DNA of 64,000 nucleotides from an uncultured Oscillibacter sp. (GCA_910587875.1 CAJUOD010000002.1:2890-66889), one strand, 5' to 3'; positions 28,743 to 38,832 are shown, counted from the stretch's first letter. Notes: generated by a model from the sequence alone, not told the origin. Numbers and translations: made by a program.

Positions 28743-29861
28743 TTACTGGCCCAGGCGCTCCAGCTGGCCCAGCTCCACCCGGGTTCCGCTGATGTCCACC
28801 GCCGTCACGGTTGTGGGGTCGATGGGATAGGGGAACTGGCGGTCCCAGGAGACGGTATCGCCCGGATTTGCCGGGCTCCCGGTCCCGGTTATGGTTACGC
28901 CCATGTACGCCGTACAGTCCATATACTTGCCGTCCTTGGTCCACAGGCCATTCAGCGCCAGTTTCAGGTCCTTCTCCACGCTGATCGTCTTGCCCGAGAC
29001 GGGTCCGCTCCTGCGGTCTACGATCTTCGCGGAACCTTGGGTGTCGATGTCACAGTCCACGACCATGATGGAGGGGGAGACGGAGAACTTCCTGACCCGA
29101 AGGGGGACCTTGCCGCAGGTGACGGGCACGTCTCCCTCGTATTTCACAGCCGGGAGCCCCTTGTCCAGCGTGAAGGTGAAGTCAAACGGCCCCTTCAGCA
29201 AGTAGTCGCCCGACCTGGTGCCGGGCTGCTCCGCGCCTTGGCCCGTAATTTCCACATTTTCAATGTGCAGCGTGATCTCCGGCTTTTCCAGATAGGGGTC
29301 CAGGATCATCGATGCCGTAAGCTGGACAGTGTCTCCCTCCCGGCTGGCAAGGTGGAGACTCGGGCGCAGCTCTCCCGTCTGCCCCTGCCCCTGCTCCATC
29401 AGGTACTGAAGCCACTGGTCCCGCTTTTCCTTGGAGAGGCTGGCGGACTCGCTCTCGACCTTGTTTTCCACATATGCCTTCCACTGTTCCTCCGGCATCC
29501 TGGCGGTGCACCCCTCCGAGCTGAGCCAGGTATATTGGCCTGCCTCCTTCGGGAAGTTCGGGCTTTTGGCGGTGAGGGAGAAACGCACAGATCTTCCCTC
29601 CCACACCGCGCCGTTGAGGGTCAACGTCTCGCCGCTCACGGTTTTCGTCTGCTGGATGGCCGTGCCCATCCGGGCCAGGACGGCCTCCGACGCTTCCGGA
29701 TCCTCCGGATTCACCCCCATACCGGGGAACCACTGAGAGAACTGCCCGGCGGGCTTCGCGGCCTTCTCCGCCTTGGGCTCCGCCGCCAGGGCGGCGCAGC
29801 TCAGGGACGCCAGCAGGACCAGGGCGAACAGCCCCGAACTCAAACGCTTCCAGATTTTCAT
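28743..29861 (-). CDS. Secreted paralog of the anti-sigma extracellular (DUF4179-like) domain
   Basis: Near-identical signal peptide to the previous gene, same motifs. Confidence 0.8.
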   Translation of the reverse strand: MKIWKRLSSGLFALVLLASLSCAALAAEPKAEKAAKPAGQFSQWFPGMGVNPEDPEASEAVLARMGTAIQQTKTVSGETLTLNGAVWEGRSVRFSLTAKSPNFPKEAGQYTWLSSEGCTARMPEEQWKAYVENKVESESASLSKEKRDQWLQYLMEQGQGQTGELRPSLHLASREGDTVQLTASMILDPYLEKPEITLHIENVEITGQGAEQPGTRSGDYLLKGPFDFTFTLDKGLPAVKYEGDVPVTCGKVPLRVRKFSVSPSIMVVDCDIDTQGSAKIVDRRSGPVSGKTISVEKDLKLALNGLWTKDGKYMDCTAYMGVTITGTGSPANPGDTVSWDRQFPYPIDPTTVTAVDISGTRVELGQLERLGQ

Positions 29862-29923
29862 GATGATGCCTTCCTTTCGTCTTTCCGGCGGAAAGGAAAA
29901 ACCCTCCCCGCTCCATTCTGCTA

Positions 29924-29953
29924 AGTAAACGGAGGGGGAGGGCGTTGTATCCC
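29924..29953 (-). promoter_or_regulatory. ECF-type promoter
   Basis: GGGATAC-15-CGTTTACT on the minus strand, same as upstream of the sigma gene. Confidence 0.75.
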
Positions 29954-29982
29954 ACGGTTTTGAAAATTTCGGAAAAAATTTT

Positions 29983-31293
29983 TTACTCGTCCAGGCGGGT
30001 CAGCTCGCTCAGCTCCACCCGCTTCCCGCCGATGCACACCGCCGTCACCTGGGCGGGGTCTATCACGTGGACCGGGTTGCCGCGCATCTCCCCGTCGGCG
30101 TTTCCGTTCTCATCCACAGAAAACGCTGTCCCGCCAATACATTCCACGTATTCGCCGTCCTTCGTCCAGAGCCCGTTCAGGCTCATGGCCAGGTTCTGCT
30201 CCAGGCTGATGTGCAGCTTGTCCGGGTCCTCCCCCGAGGGGTCATACAGGGCTAAGAGGTCCACGTTGGCCCAGACCTGGAAGGCCGTGACGGTGATCTT
30301 CGAGACCCGCAGGGGGATATTCTCATAGGTCGCGTCGATGTCCCCCGCGTAGCTGATGGGCGAGAGCTTGTTGTCCAGGGTGAAGGTGAAGTCGAAGGGG
30401 CCTTTCAGGAACGGCTCGTTCAGCTCCTGGTCGGTAGTCACTGTTCCGTCGGGGCTAATCTGAGAGGTGAAAATACGGGGAGTGCCGTCGCCGTCCCCCT
30501 CTTCCACCTTATAAGTGGCGAGGTTTTCGATGTGCAGCGTCAGCTCCGGGTCCTCCACGTAGTCGTACAGAGCTGCCATCACCTGAAGAATGAGAGTTCC
30601 GTCCTCCTGGCGGGCCATTCGGACAACCGGATGGAGGTAGGGCTCATAGGGGTCTTCCAGGCTGGACCGGACCCGTTCCTCCCGCTCTTCCACGGTGGAA
30701 TCGATGTGGCTGTTGGCGTGGATTTGGGCGATTTCTTTCCGCAGATATTCTTCCCGCTGGTGCTCCGCCATGACAAGACGGCACTCCAGGTCGTAGAGCC
30801 CTTCAAAGTCGAAGTCCTCCGGCAGGCCCGGAATGTCCGCCGTCAGGGACAGCTTCAAATCCTGCCCGTCCCACACGGCGGCGTTGAGGGTCATGGACAC
30901 GCCGTCCACGGTCTGGGGCTCCCCGATGACGGTGCCCATGCGGCTCACGATCTCCTCTGAGACCTCCGGGGCCTTGGGGTCCATCCAGATGGTGGGGAAC
31001 CACTGGGCGAACTGCCCGGTCACCAGAGCGTAGCCGCAGGCGGAGAGGAGCAGCAGCGCCGCCACGATGGCGATGATCCGCCAGTTCAGCCGCGTTCTCC
31101 GGCGGGGCCCGGCGGCCTCCCGCTTCCGCATCCAGCCCCAGGGGTCCGCCAGCAGGCGCATCCGCTCCCGGAGGTAGGCGGGGGAGAACTCCGGCTCTTC
31201 GGCGTCGGCGCGCTGGAGAACCTTCTCGTACTGGGCCAGGTTGGCGTCCATCAGCGCCCGGCGCAGGGACGGCTCAAACCGCGTCATAAGCAT
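29983..31293 (-). CDS. Membrane anti-sigma factor (DUF4179-like)
   Basis: Cytoplasmic N-terminus, single TM helix, extracellular domain; overlaps the sigma stop. Confidence 0.8.
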   Translation of the reverse strand: MLMTRFEPSLRRALMDANLAQYEKVLQRADAEEPEFSPAYLRERMRLLADPWGWMRKREAAGPRRRTRLNWRIIAIVAALLLLSACGYALVTGQFAQWFPTIWMDPKAPEVSEEIVSRMGTVIGEPQTVDGVSMTLNAAVWDGQDLKLSLTADIPGLPEDFDFEGLYDLECRLVMAEHQREEYLRKEIAQIHANSHIDSTVEEREERVRSSLEDPYEPYLHPVVRMARQEDGTLILQVMAALYDYVEDPELTLHIENLATYKVEEGDGDGTPRIFTSQISPDGTVTTDQELNEPFLKGPFDFTFTLDNKLSPISYAGDIDATYENIPLRVSKITVTAFQVWANVDLLALYDPSGEDPDKLHISLEQNLAMSLNGLWTKDGEYVECIGGTAFSVDENGNADGEMRGNPVHVIDPAQVTAVCIGGKRVELSELTRLDE

Positions 31294-31807
31294 ATCCCTC
31301 CTTTTCCAGCTGGGCCCGCAGCATGGCCCGGCCCCGCAGAATACGGCTGGCCACGGTGGACTCGTTCATGTTTAGCCGCCGGGCGATCTCGCGGTTGCCC
31401 TGCTCCTCCACGCACTTGAGCTCCAGGATCCGGCGGTAGCCCTCCGGCAGGGCACGGATGAGGGACACCAGATAGTCGTACTCATCCTGGCGGTCCTCCG
31501 GGGCCGGGGGGTCCCAGTCCTCCGGGAAGGCCACGGTCCGCCGCTCCGCCCGGAGGATGTCCAGGGCGCAGTTCTTGGCGGCGGTGACGGCGTAGCCCTC
31601 CGTCTCCCCCCAGGGGAGGGCGGAGACCCGCTCCCAGTTTTTCAAGAGCTGGAACCAGGTCTGCTGGGCGGCGTCCTCCGCCCGGCCGGGGTCCCCCAGG
31701 ACCCGCAGGGCCACGGCGTAGACCTTTTTCTCATAGGCCTCATAGAGCTTGGTAAACCTCCGCTGGTCCTCTTCGGTCTCCAGCATGGCGAGGAACATTG
31801 TGAGCAT
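31274..31807 (-). CDS. ECF RNA polymerase sigma factor
   Basis: LYEAYEKKVYAVALRVLGD..AEDAAQ; EIARRLNMNESTVASRILRGR. Confidence 0.93.
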   Translation of the reverse strand: MLTMFLAMLETEEDQRRFTKLYEAYEKKVYAVALRVLGDPGRAEDAAQQTWFQLLKNWERVSALPWGETEGYAVTAAKNCALDILRAERRTVAFPEDWDPPAPEDRQDEYDYLVSLIRALPEGYRRILELKCVEEQGNREIARRLNMNESTVASRILRGRAMLRAQLEKEGYAYDAV

Positions 31808-31849
31808 GAGCGGTCACATCCTTCCACTTGGTTTGGCGGCGTCTCATTC

Positions 31850-31879
31850 AGTAAACGGCGGGGGAGGGAAAAGTATCCC
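31850..31879 (-). promoter_or_regulatory. ECF autoregulatory promoter
   Basis: GGGATAC-15-CGTTTACT. Confidence 0.75.
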
Positions 31880-31999
31880 GCGCCGGGAGAAAAAATTTTT
31901 GTTTTGACGAGTATCTTTTTAGCACATCCCGGCGGAGAAAGCAAGGCCTGAAAAACCGCACCGGAATCGGATGATTCCGGTGCGGTTCTGATGGAAGCG

Positions 32000-33280
32000 C
32001 TAAATTCTGGTACAAAAGTCCAGGGATACCCAGCCCGGGGCGAGCTTGAGCCTGCCCCACTTGGAGGCGCCGGGCCCGTCGGCCTCCTCGACGATGGTGT
32101 AGACGCCCGGCTGAATAAAGCCCACCACGCTCTCTCCGGTCCCCGGGCCCTTGCGGATGCGCAGGTTTGACGACGTGATGCGCACGGCGTAGGGCTCCGC
32201 CGCCAGGCCCAGCCGCCGGTTGACCTCCGCCGCGATCTCCCCGTGGCGGCTGTAGAGATACTCCCCCGGGCAGGCCTTGCTGGCGAACCAGCGGTGAACG
32301 GTCATGTTCTGCTTGTCCACCTGGCCGACCAGGCTCTTGTCCCCCCTCCAGAGCAGCTTCCGGATGCCGTTCCGCTTACAGATATCCGTCACCAGGTCCA
32401 GCAGGGCGGCATAGGCCTGCTGCGTCACGGCGAAGGGGTGGGCCGTGTCGCTGGCGACCTCGATGGTCACGGCCCGGTGGTCGTTTTCCCGGCTGGAGGA
32501 GCACCAGGAGCGGTCCTTTTCCTCCACGCACAGGCCCACGCCGCCGTCCCTGCCGACGATGTAGTTGGCGGAGGCCTTTCGGTCCCGCCCGGCGAAGTAG
32601 CCGCACCCCTGTTCCGCCGTCCACTGCCCCACGAGGCAGTGGATCGTGATCGTGTCGATGGCATGGGCCCTGGGGCTGGTCCGGTTGGGGGAGATTTTGG
32701 TGCAGCGGACCAGCGGGCTGTTGGTGTATTTCACAGGGCGCCGATCCTCCTTTCCGGGCCTCCGCCCGGCGGCGTAGCGGTCATAGAAGGTCTGGGCGAA
32801 CTGCGCCCTGCGCAATTGCACCGCCTCCCCCTGGTTGGCGGGCCGCTCGAATTTCAGCAGCACGGCGTTGGTCGCCGCCGCCACGTCCGACGCCGTTTTC
32901 AGCGCGGCCAGCACGGAGGGATAGGACCCGCTCAGCTCGTGGAGCAGGAAGCCCAGCTGCCCCTCCAGGTCCCCGACGGACTTCCCCTCCGCCTGGACGA
33001 AGGCCAGCAGGGCCGCCTTGCGGGTGTGGTAGGTCCACTGGGCCAGGCCGTAGCCCGCCTGGTCCCCGGCGAAGTTCGCGTAGCTCCCGCTGTCCACCGC
33101 CGCCGTGTATGAGGCGTCCGTATACCCCAGCTTTTTCTCAAAGCTGTTCTGGAGGTTGACGGGGGACAGCCCGCTCTCCGCGTACAGGTTTCCCATCAGC
33201 CCAGCCGCGCCCTGATCGCTCAGGCCCGCCGCCTTCAAGTAGTTCCAGATCTTCTCCTCGTCATTCTTTCCCGTCAGCAT
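32000..33280 (-). CDS. Endolysin-like hydrolase: phage tail lysozyme domain + amidase_2 + SH3-like domain
   Basis: GAAGLMGNLYAESGL..GYGLAQWT..FERPA; ITIHC..SANYIVG..TIEVAS..HRWFASKACPG; LRIRKGPGT..WGRLK; no signal peptide. Confidence 0.9.
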   Translation of the reverse strand: MLTGKNDEEKIWNYLKAAGLSDQGAAGLMGNLYAESGLSPVNLQNSFEKKLGYTDASYTAAVDSGSYANFAGDQAGYGLAQWTYHTRKAALLAFVQAEGKSVGDLEGQLGFLLHELSGSYPSVLAALKTASDVAAATNAVLLKFERPANQGEAVQLRRAQFAQTFYDRYAAGRRPGKEDRRPVKYTNSPLVRCTKISPNRTSPRAHAIDTITIHCLVGQWTAEQGCGYFAGRDRKASANYIVGRDGGVGLCVEEKDRSWCSSSRENDHRAVTIEVASDTAHPFAVTQQAYAALLDLVTDICKRNGIRKLLWRGDKSLVGQVDKQNMTVHRWFASKACPGEYLYSRHGEIAAEVNRRLGLAAEPYAVRITSSNLRIRKGPGTGESVVGFIQPGVYTIVEEADGPGASKWGRLKLAPGWVSLDFCTRI

Positions 33281-33297
33281 TTGTCAAACGCTCCTTC

Positions 33298-33711
33298 CTA
33301 GCCCTCTCCCGGGGGATCCGGATCCTCCGGCGCTCCTCCGGGAGGGCCCCCTTTGTCCGGCCAGCGGTTATTTTTGCTCAGGTTCTCCACCGCCGATTTG
33401 ATGCAGTAGGCCAGCACGACGCCGATGATCTCCGTGACCGCCACCTGGGACAGGCTTTCCGCGATCTGCACCTTGTCCATATACGCCAGTATGTAGCTGC
33501 ACCACACCCAGGCGATGCCGTTCAGCAGACAGGCCCAGATGACCCGCTTGGTGGTCTCCGGCGGCATCGCCCGGTCTCCCTCGCCGCCGGCGGCGCGCGG
33601 CTTCCGGGTTCTCCGCCGCAGGCGCTTCTTCGACGCCGCCCCGCCCAGCGCCAGCCCCAGGGCGGCGCCCAGGGCCGCGGCGAGGGCGAGGGCAATCAGC
33701 GGTCCTGTCAT
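33298..33711 (-). CDS. Holin-like small membrane protein
   Basis: Three hydrophobic segments, charged C-terminus, directly upstream of the lysin. Confidence 0.6.
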   Translation of the reverse strand: MTGPLIALALAAALGAALGLALGGAASKKRLRRRTRKPRAAGGEGDRAMPPETTKRVIWACLLNGIAWVWCSYILAYMDKVQIAESLSQVAVTEIIGVVLAYCIKSAVENLSKNNRWPDKGGPPGGAPEDPDPPGEG

Positions 33712-33741
33712 GGCCCGTACCTCCTTCTGCGGAATGTGTGT

Positions 33742-35220
33742 TCATAGGGCCGCCTCCGGGATCAGGCCGAACCTCCTCACCCGTTCCAGCCAGCGCTCCA
33801 GCCGCTTCAGCGCGGCCTGGCGGCTGCGCCGGGTGGGCGGAATCCGGTCCCACATGGCGGCGCAGAAGCCGTGGAGGGCGGTGGTGCTGGGATAATCCCG
33901 ACAGGCCGCGGACTGCCGTCCGGCGATCCAGGCCACGGCGGCGTCGGTCCCCCATACCACCAGCTCCATGCCCAGCCGGTCAAACCACTCCTGGGGCATG
34001 AAGCAGACCTGATACTCCGGCTTCCGTTCCAGGGCCCGGCGCATCTCGCTCAGCTGCTCCGCCAGCCCGCCCGCGCTGAGGTACAGCCGTCTGCCGCAGA
34101 TCTCGCTGAAGGGGCGGCAGAGGTGCCGCTTCCCGTCCAGCGCCTGGTCGATGTTGTCCTCGCAGAAGATATGGCGCGTCTGGGCGGGGCGGTCCCCCTC
34201 CCACGGGGGGAGCGCCAGGGGCCGGAACTGGCTCCGGAAAAGCGCGTCCTCCTCCGGCCGCAGGCGCAGATACCGGGAGAGGGTCTCAAAGCTGCCGCCC
34301 AAATCGGGAAGCCGGGCCAGCAGGTAGGCCGGGCTCTCCCTGCCGGAGGGCACGCCGCGGAGGAGATCCGCCGGGCAGGAAAAGAAGCGGTACACGAAGC
34401 GGGGCCGGGCGCGCCGGGCGCAGTCGTCGAAATAGGCCTCGGCCTCGGCGATCCGCTCCGGCCTCCGGAGGAGGTCCGCCTGCGGCACGCCGTCTTTCAC
34501 GCGGACCTGCACCATGAGCCTGCCCCGCAGTCCAAACAGGATCTTCCCCTGCTCCAGGGGGCGGAAGTCGTCATAGTAAAGGCTCTGGACGTGGCCCATG
34601 AGGTGGGCCCGCAGCCAGGGGCCGCAGACCAGCGCCACATCGCTGGGCCGGTAGTCGGTGCGCAGCACCGCCCGGATCCGCTTCTCCCGCTGAAAGAGGA
34701 CCTGGAGCTTTTCCTGAAGCGCCCGGGCGTACGGTTCTTCCCTTGTAAAGAGCTCCAGCCCCTGGGAGCAGAGGAAGACGATCTCCCCGGCGTCCGGCTG
34801 CGCCAGAACGTCGTTCAGAAATTCCATCAGCAGTCTCCGCACCGCCCTGCCGCCGGAGAGGGGGCCCGCGTCCGGCAGCCGGCGGCTCTCCCGGTCCGTC
34901 AGGAACAGGCGCTCGTCCCGGTCCTCCCAGGGGCCCGCCGTTTCACCCAGCCAGCACGCTAAAAATTCCTCGGGCGGCTGTCCCCGGGACGCTCCCAGGG
35001 GGGAGACCCGGGCCATCAGCGCCGTCACCTCGTCCCTGTGGGCCCGGAGGAAATACTCCGTCAGCCGCCCGCACCAGCGGCTCTGGGCCGACAGGCGGCG
35101 GGAGCCGGTGCGCCAGCGGGAAATCAGGGAGAGGTCGATCCCCAGCGCGCGGTTCAATTCCTTCGGCGTGACGCGGGCCCAGTCCATCAGGAGCGCGAGA
35201 TTGGTCGTCAGGTTCCTCAT
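33742..35220 (-). CDS. Large XRE-HTH transcriptional regulator
   Basis: N-terminal KELNRALGIDLSLISRWRTGSR plus ~420-aa C-terminal region; start 35220 or 35229. Confidence 0.75.
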   Translation of the reverse strand: MRNLTTNLALLMDWARVTPKELNRALGIDLSLISRWRTGSRRLSAQSRWCGRLTEYFLRAHRDEVTALMARVSPLGASRGQPPEEFLACWLGETAGPWEDRDERLFLTDRESRRLPDAGPLSGGRAVRRLLMEFLNDVLAQPDAGEIVFLCSQGLELFTREEPYARALQEKLQVLFQREKRIRAVLRTDYRPSDVALVCGPWLRAHLMGHVQSLYYDDFRPLEQGKILFGLRGRLMVQVRVKDGVPQADLLRRPERIAEAEAYFDDCARRARPRFVYRFFSCPADLLRGVPSGRESPAYLLARLPDLGGSFETLSRYLRLRPEEDALFRSQFRPLALPPWEGDRPAQTRHIFCEDNIDQALDGKRHLCRPFSEICGRRLYLSAGGLAEQLSEMRRALERKPEYQVCFMPQEWFDRLGMELVVWGTDAAVAWIAGRQSAACRDYPSTTALHGFCAAMWDRIPPTRRSRQAALKRLERWLERVRRFGLIPEAAL

Positions 35221-35403
35221 CGTTTCCATCACCCTCCACAATAAATTTGGCTGGGAAAGCCATGCAGACGAGCGTGTCCTCGCGGGACAGGGAGCGAAGG
35301 GATGGGCGGAAGCGGGGCGCGTGGAGAAGACCGCCTTGAACGAGCCTGTAAAGCCCGTCAAAGGCGGTCTTTCATCGTCTCACAGGACGGCGGAACGCTG
35401 GGC

Positions 35404-37659
35404 TCAGGCCGTTTCGCCGCTCTCCGGTTCTCCGGGTTCCCCCTGATCGGGAAGCAGGGCGTCCAGCGCGTCGGAGTACATGCTGGGGTCCAGCTTTTGA
35501 TAGGGGGTTGCGTTGTCCGCCGGGGTGAGCTCTAAGAACCAGCCCAGAATCTGCGGGCCGGGGATGCGGATGTAAAAATACTTGGAGGTGCTTCCGAAAT
35601 AGGCGGATTCGCTCTGGCTCTTGCTGGAGCTTCCGGAGCTGGCGCGGAAGCCGAAGATGCCGCCGCTCCGGGCCTCGCTCTGTTCCATATACTGGCGGTT
35701 GGACTCGGCGTTGGTTCCTTCGCACTGGATGCGTATGGTGATGTCCTTGGCTATGACAAAGCCGGTGGGGAAGGAGGGCAGGACGTAGCTGAGGCGCTTG
35801 ACCCCTCCGTTCACCCCCGCGTCGTAGGTGACCAGATCGTTCAGCTGGGACGCGGCGTTTGTCCCCGCGGAGCTGGCCTTCTGGACGTCGGTTTTCGTCA
35901 GTCCCCTGCTGACGCGGATGTCCGCCAGGCGGTAGTAGTTGTCACTGAGCTTGAAAATGGTGGGGTTGAACCAGCCGCCCCGGTCGATGGACACCTTCTT
36001 GATTCGGAATCCGATCTCCAGCCTTTTGTTCAGCTCCGCCTTTTTCTGCGTCTCCATGGATTTCTGGGAGGACTGGGAGCCGCCGGCGGACCAGAAGCCG
36101 CCGCCCAGGTTCCAGCTGCTCTGGCTGGAGCTGGAGGAGGCGCTGTTGCTGGAAAAGCTCCCGGATTCGTCGCTCTTGATGATCACGTCCATGAAGTTTT
36201 CATCCTGAGCCTTATCCGAGGAGGTCAGCAGGGAGGCGTCCACGCCCGCCGCACCCGCCGTGCCGTCGGCGCTGGAGGCGGCGACGGTGCCGGTGACCAG
36301 CGGCATGAGGAAGTCCAGATCTGCCTGGACCGCTTGGATCTGTTCCTCAATGCGCTTCTTCTGGAGCGTCATGTCCCGGACCTTGGCCTCCGAGGAGGCC
36401 ATGCGGGCCTCGTTGAGCCGCTCTATGTCCTGCAGCACCGCCTCCTGGGCCTGGCAGGACTGGAGGATTTTTTCCACTGCGTCGTCCGCAATATTTTCCA
36501 GGAGGCCATAAATGCAGCTCTCGGTCGAGTCCAGGTTCTTCGTGTCCTTTACTTTTTGGACCTTGCCGATGACCTCCTTCGCCTTCCCGTACGGGTCCCC
36601 CACATTTTTGTAGATGCTGATGACCGCCTTGACCGCCGAAAGCGCGCCGGACCCATACTGGGAGATGAGCGCCTGCTGGGACTGGGAGAGCTGCTGCCGG
36701 CGGTTTTCGACCTCCGTCTTCAGGCGCTCCTGCTCATCGGGAGAGATCTCGATCGTCGTCTGCTCCGCCAGCTGTGCCTTCAGGCTGTTCAGGCGCCGCT
36801 GCTTGGCGCGGTAGTCGGCCACCAGGCTCTCGGTGGCCATGGTCAGGTCCTTGGGGTTGAGGTTGGGCCGCAGGGACTTGAACCAGTCGCTGGGTTGGAA
36901 CTGCACCGGATAGACGTCCGTGGAGCCGTCCAGGGAGCGGCGCAGGCTGGAGCGCATCTTCTGCTTGGTGTTCTCCAGGGCCTCGGAGGGGGAGGACACG
37001 TTGAGGAATCCCAGGAGGGTCAGCACCTCGTGGTAGTGCCCCCGCACCACGGCATCGTTGTAGAAGTTGCTGATCTGCTCCTCCTGGACCAGCCCCTCGC
37101 TGGAGAGCCAGTTGGCGTACCCGTCCAGGTCGTCCTTGGACCGATACTCCTCGTAGACCTGGTTTTTCTTGCTGTACCACTCGTTGCGCCGCTCCAGGAA
37201 CTCGTCGTAGAGCTCCCGCGCCATGGCCATGCGGGACATGGTTTTGCGCTCCCCGCGCACCTCGTCCGTCACGGGGGTCAGCAGCCACTCCCGCAGATTC
37301 TTCTGGTCGTTGACAAAGCTCTTGAGGGCCTCCAGGCGGGGCACATAGTTGTTGATGACGGTGCTGAATACGGTGGAGAGGCGCTCTCCGTTGGTCCCCT
37401 GGACCACGGGGGAGAGATCGTAGAGCTGGTCGCTGAGCAGAAATTCCTTCTCCTGCACCGTGTAGGGCTTGGTCAGCGTGCTGTAGCAGTCGTCGGTGTC
37501 GTACTCGTAATCTCTGGCGTTCAGGGGCCGGGCGGGAAATTCCATGGCAAAGAGCTGGCTGCCCGCCCCCAGGAGTTTGTTGACGTTGTTGTAGATCAGG
37601 TTCATCACTTCGTCGCTGGAGTTTTCCACCAGAGACTCTAAAATGCTTTTATCATCCAT
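35404..37659 (-). CDS. 751-aa coiled-coil protein, putative beta-pore-forming protein
   Basis: Long ORF with RBS; two Ser/Gly-rich segments with aromatic tips; function inferred. Confidence 0.55.
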   Translation of the reverse strand: MDDKSILESLVENSSDEVMNLIYNNVNKLLGAGSQLFAMEFPARPLNARDYEYDTDDCYSTLTKPYTVQEKEFLLSDQLYDLSPVVQGTNGERLSTVFSTVINNYVPRLEALKSFVNDQKNLREWLLTPVTDEVRGERKTMSRMAMARELYDEFLERRNEWYSKKNQVYEEYRSKDDLDGYANWLSSEGLVQEEQISNFYNDAVVRGHYHEVLTLLGFLNVSSPSEALENTKQKMRSSLRRSLDGSTDVYPVQFQPSDWFKSLRPNLNPKDLTMATESLVADYRAKQRRLNSLKAQLAEQTTIEISPDEQERLKTEVENRRQQLSQSQQALISQYGSGALSAVKAVISIYKNVGDPYGKAKEVIGKVQKVKDTKNLDSTESCIYGLLENIADDAVEKILQSCQAQEAVLQDIERLNEARMASSEAKVRDMTLQKKRIEEQIQAVQADLDFLMPLVTGTVAASSADGTAGAAGVDASLLTSSDKAQDENFMDVIIKSDESGSFSSNSASSSSSQSSWNLGGGFWSAGGSQSSQKSMETQKKAELNKRLEIGFRIKKVSIDRGGWFNPTIFKLSDNYYRLADIRVSRGLTKTDVQKASSAGTNAASQLNDLVTYDAGVNGGVKRLSYVLPSFPTGFVIAKDITIRIQCEGTNAESNRQYMEQSEARSGGIFGFRASSGSSSKSQSESAYFGSTSKYFYIRIPGPQILGWFLELTPADNATPYQKLDPSMYSDALDALLPDQGEPGEPESGETA

Positions 37660-37680
37660 TACGGGACTCCCTTCCGGCAA

Positions 37681-38832
37681 TTATGACAGGTCTGATGCCT
37701 CCGGCACGTCTTTCAGCGTGCCCAGCATCTTGTTCAGGAGCGAGCTTTCAAAGGTGAGCGCCTCCAAAAACATCTGGGGGATTTCCTCGCGGCGGAGCTG
37801 GAGGGCGAAGACCAGATCCTCCGAAATCCAGGACGCGGGTTTCCCGTCAAAGCACGCCCTTCCGGCGTCGTAGGCCTTCCACACATGCTCCACCCAGTTT
37901 TTCACGTACGGATAGCCCGCCAGGGGCGCCAGATCGCCGGAGCACTTCCGGAGCTGCTCAAAAGCCCTGGGGGGAAAATTCCAGTTGTCCCCCCTGCCGA
38001 AATGCGTGGCGGTGGCAGGGGTCCCGTTAGCCCACATGAACAGGCTGCAGGGGATGCAGGAGGCCACCTTGCAGGTATCCCGGCTCAGGGCCAGCTCCAT
38101 ATTCACCTTGTTGGGGTCGCTGTTTCCGGAGTAGTGGATGATGGACTGCGTCATGCCGTGCACGCTGGCGAACAGCTCGGCGCCTGTGGGCCTGTCCGGC
38201 GGATTGGCGCCGAGAGGGCGCTCGCCGGGCCGGCGGATGAGGGTGCCGCCGTACTTCAGCGTCTGCCCCTCCGAAAACACGCTGCCAAGAAAGTTCTGGA
38301 CGGTTTCCGTGACGGATAGGGCGTTGCTGTAGGCCGCCTCGATCCTGCGGCCCGCGGCCTCCTCCGACTCGTCCGGCGGGAGCGCCCGGTAGTCCGGCTT
38401 GTACCAGTACAGAATGGAGGGATCCAGGAGCTCCGCGCTTCCCACGGAGAGGAGACCGCCCACATAGGCGCCCCTCAAGGGGATTTTCGAGAACTCGTGG
38501 ACCCTGCGCTCCAGCCGGTTTAAAATGACCGTCTCGTCCTCCGCCACCTCGCCCTGCAGCGCCGAGCGGTCCGTCTGCGCCAGAATCACGGGCCGGCGCG
38601 CCTTATCGTCCGGGAGCTGAGTTTGAAACGCGAAGAGGTCTTCTGTGCCTGTCAGGGCCGCCAGCTTTGCCTGCAGCTGAAGATGCCTCCGGCATTCCTC
38701 GGCGTCATCCTTGTCTTCCTGATAAATGATATACGAGTGTTTTTTGAGCTCGCCTTTTGAGCTGACGATAAATCCAAGCGCGATCACGGTGCAGAGGGCG
38801 TCGGCCTGTTCCTGAGAGTTTAGAATACCCAT
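37681..38832 (-). CDS. 383-aa protein with deaminase-like Zn motif
   Basis: AGGAGG RBS; VHGMTQ..KVASCIPCSLFM..THFGRGDNWNFP; function inferred. Confidence 0.55.
   Translation of the reverse strand: MGILNSQEQADALCTVIALGFIVSSKGELKKHSYIIYQEDKDDAEECRRHLQLQAKLAALTGTEDLFAFQTQLPDDKARRPVILAQTDRSALQGEVAEDETVILNRLERRVHEFSKIPLRGAYVGGLLSVGSAELLDPSILYWYKPDYRALPPDESEEAAGRRIEAAYSNALSVTETVQNFLGSVFSEGQTLKYGGTLIRRPGERPLGANPPDRPTGAELFASVHGMTQSIIHYSGNSDPNKVNMELALSRDTCKVASCIPCSLFMWANGTPATATHFGRGDNWNFPPRAFEQLRKCSGDLAPLAGYPYVKNWVEHVWKAYDAGRACFDGKPASWISEDLVFALQLRREEIPQMFLEALTFESSLLNKMLGTLKDVPEASDLS

Noticed and set aside
27553..31293. Diversity-generating retroelement or shufflon behind the three paralogs
   Set aside because: No reverse transcriptase or adjacent invertase; divergence is spread throughout, consistent with old tandem duplication
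32000..33711. Lysis end of a second prophage
   Set aside because: No tail, capsid or integrase genes adjacent, and it lies outside the att-bounded elements
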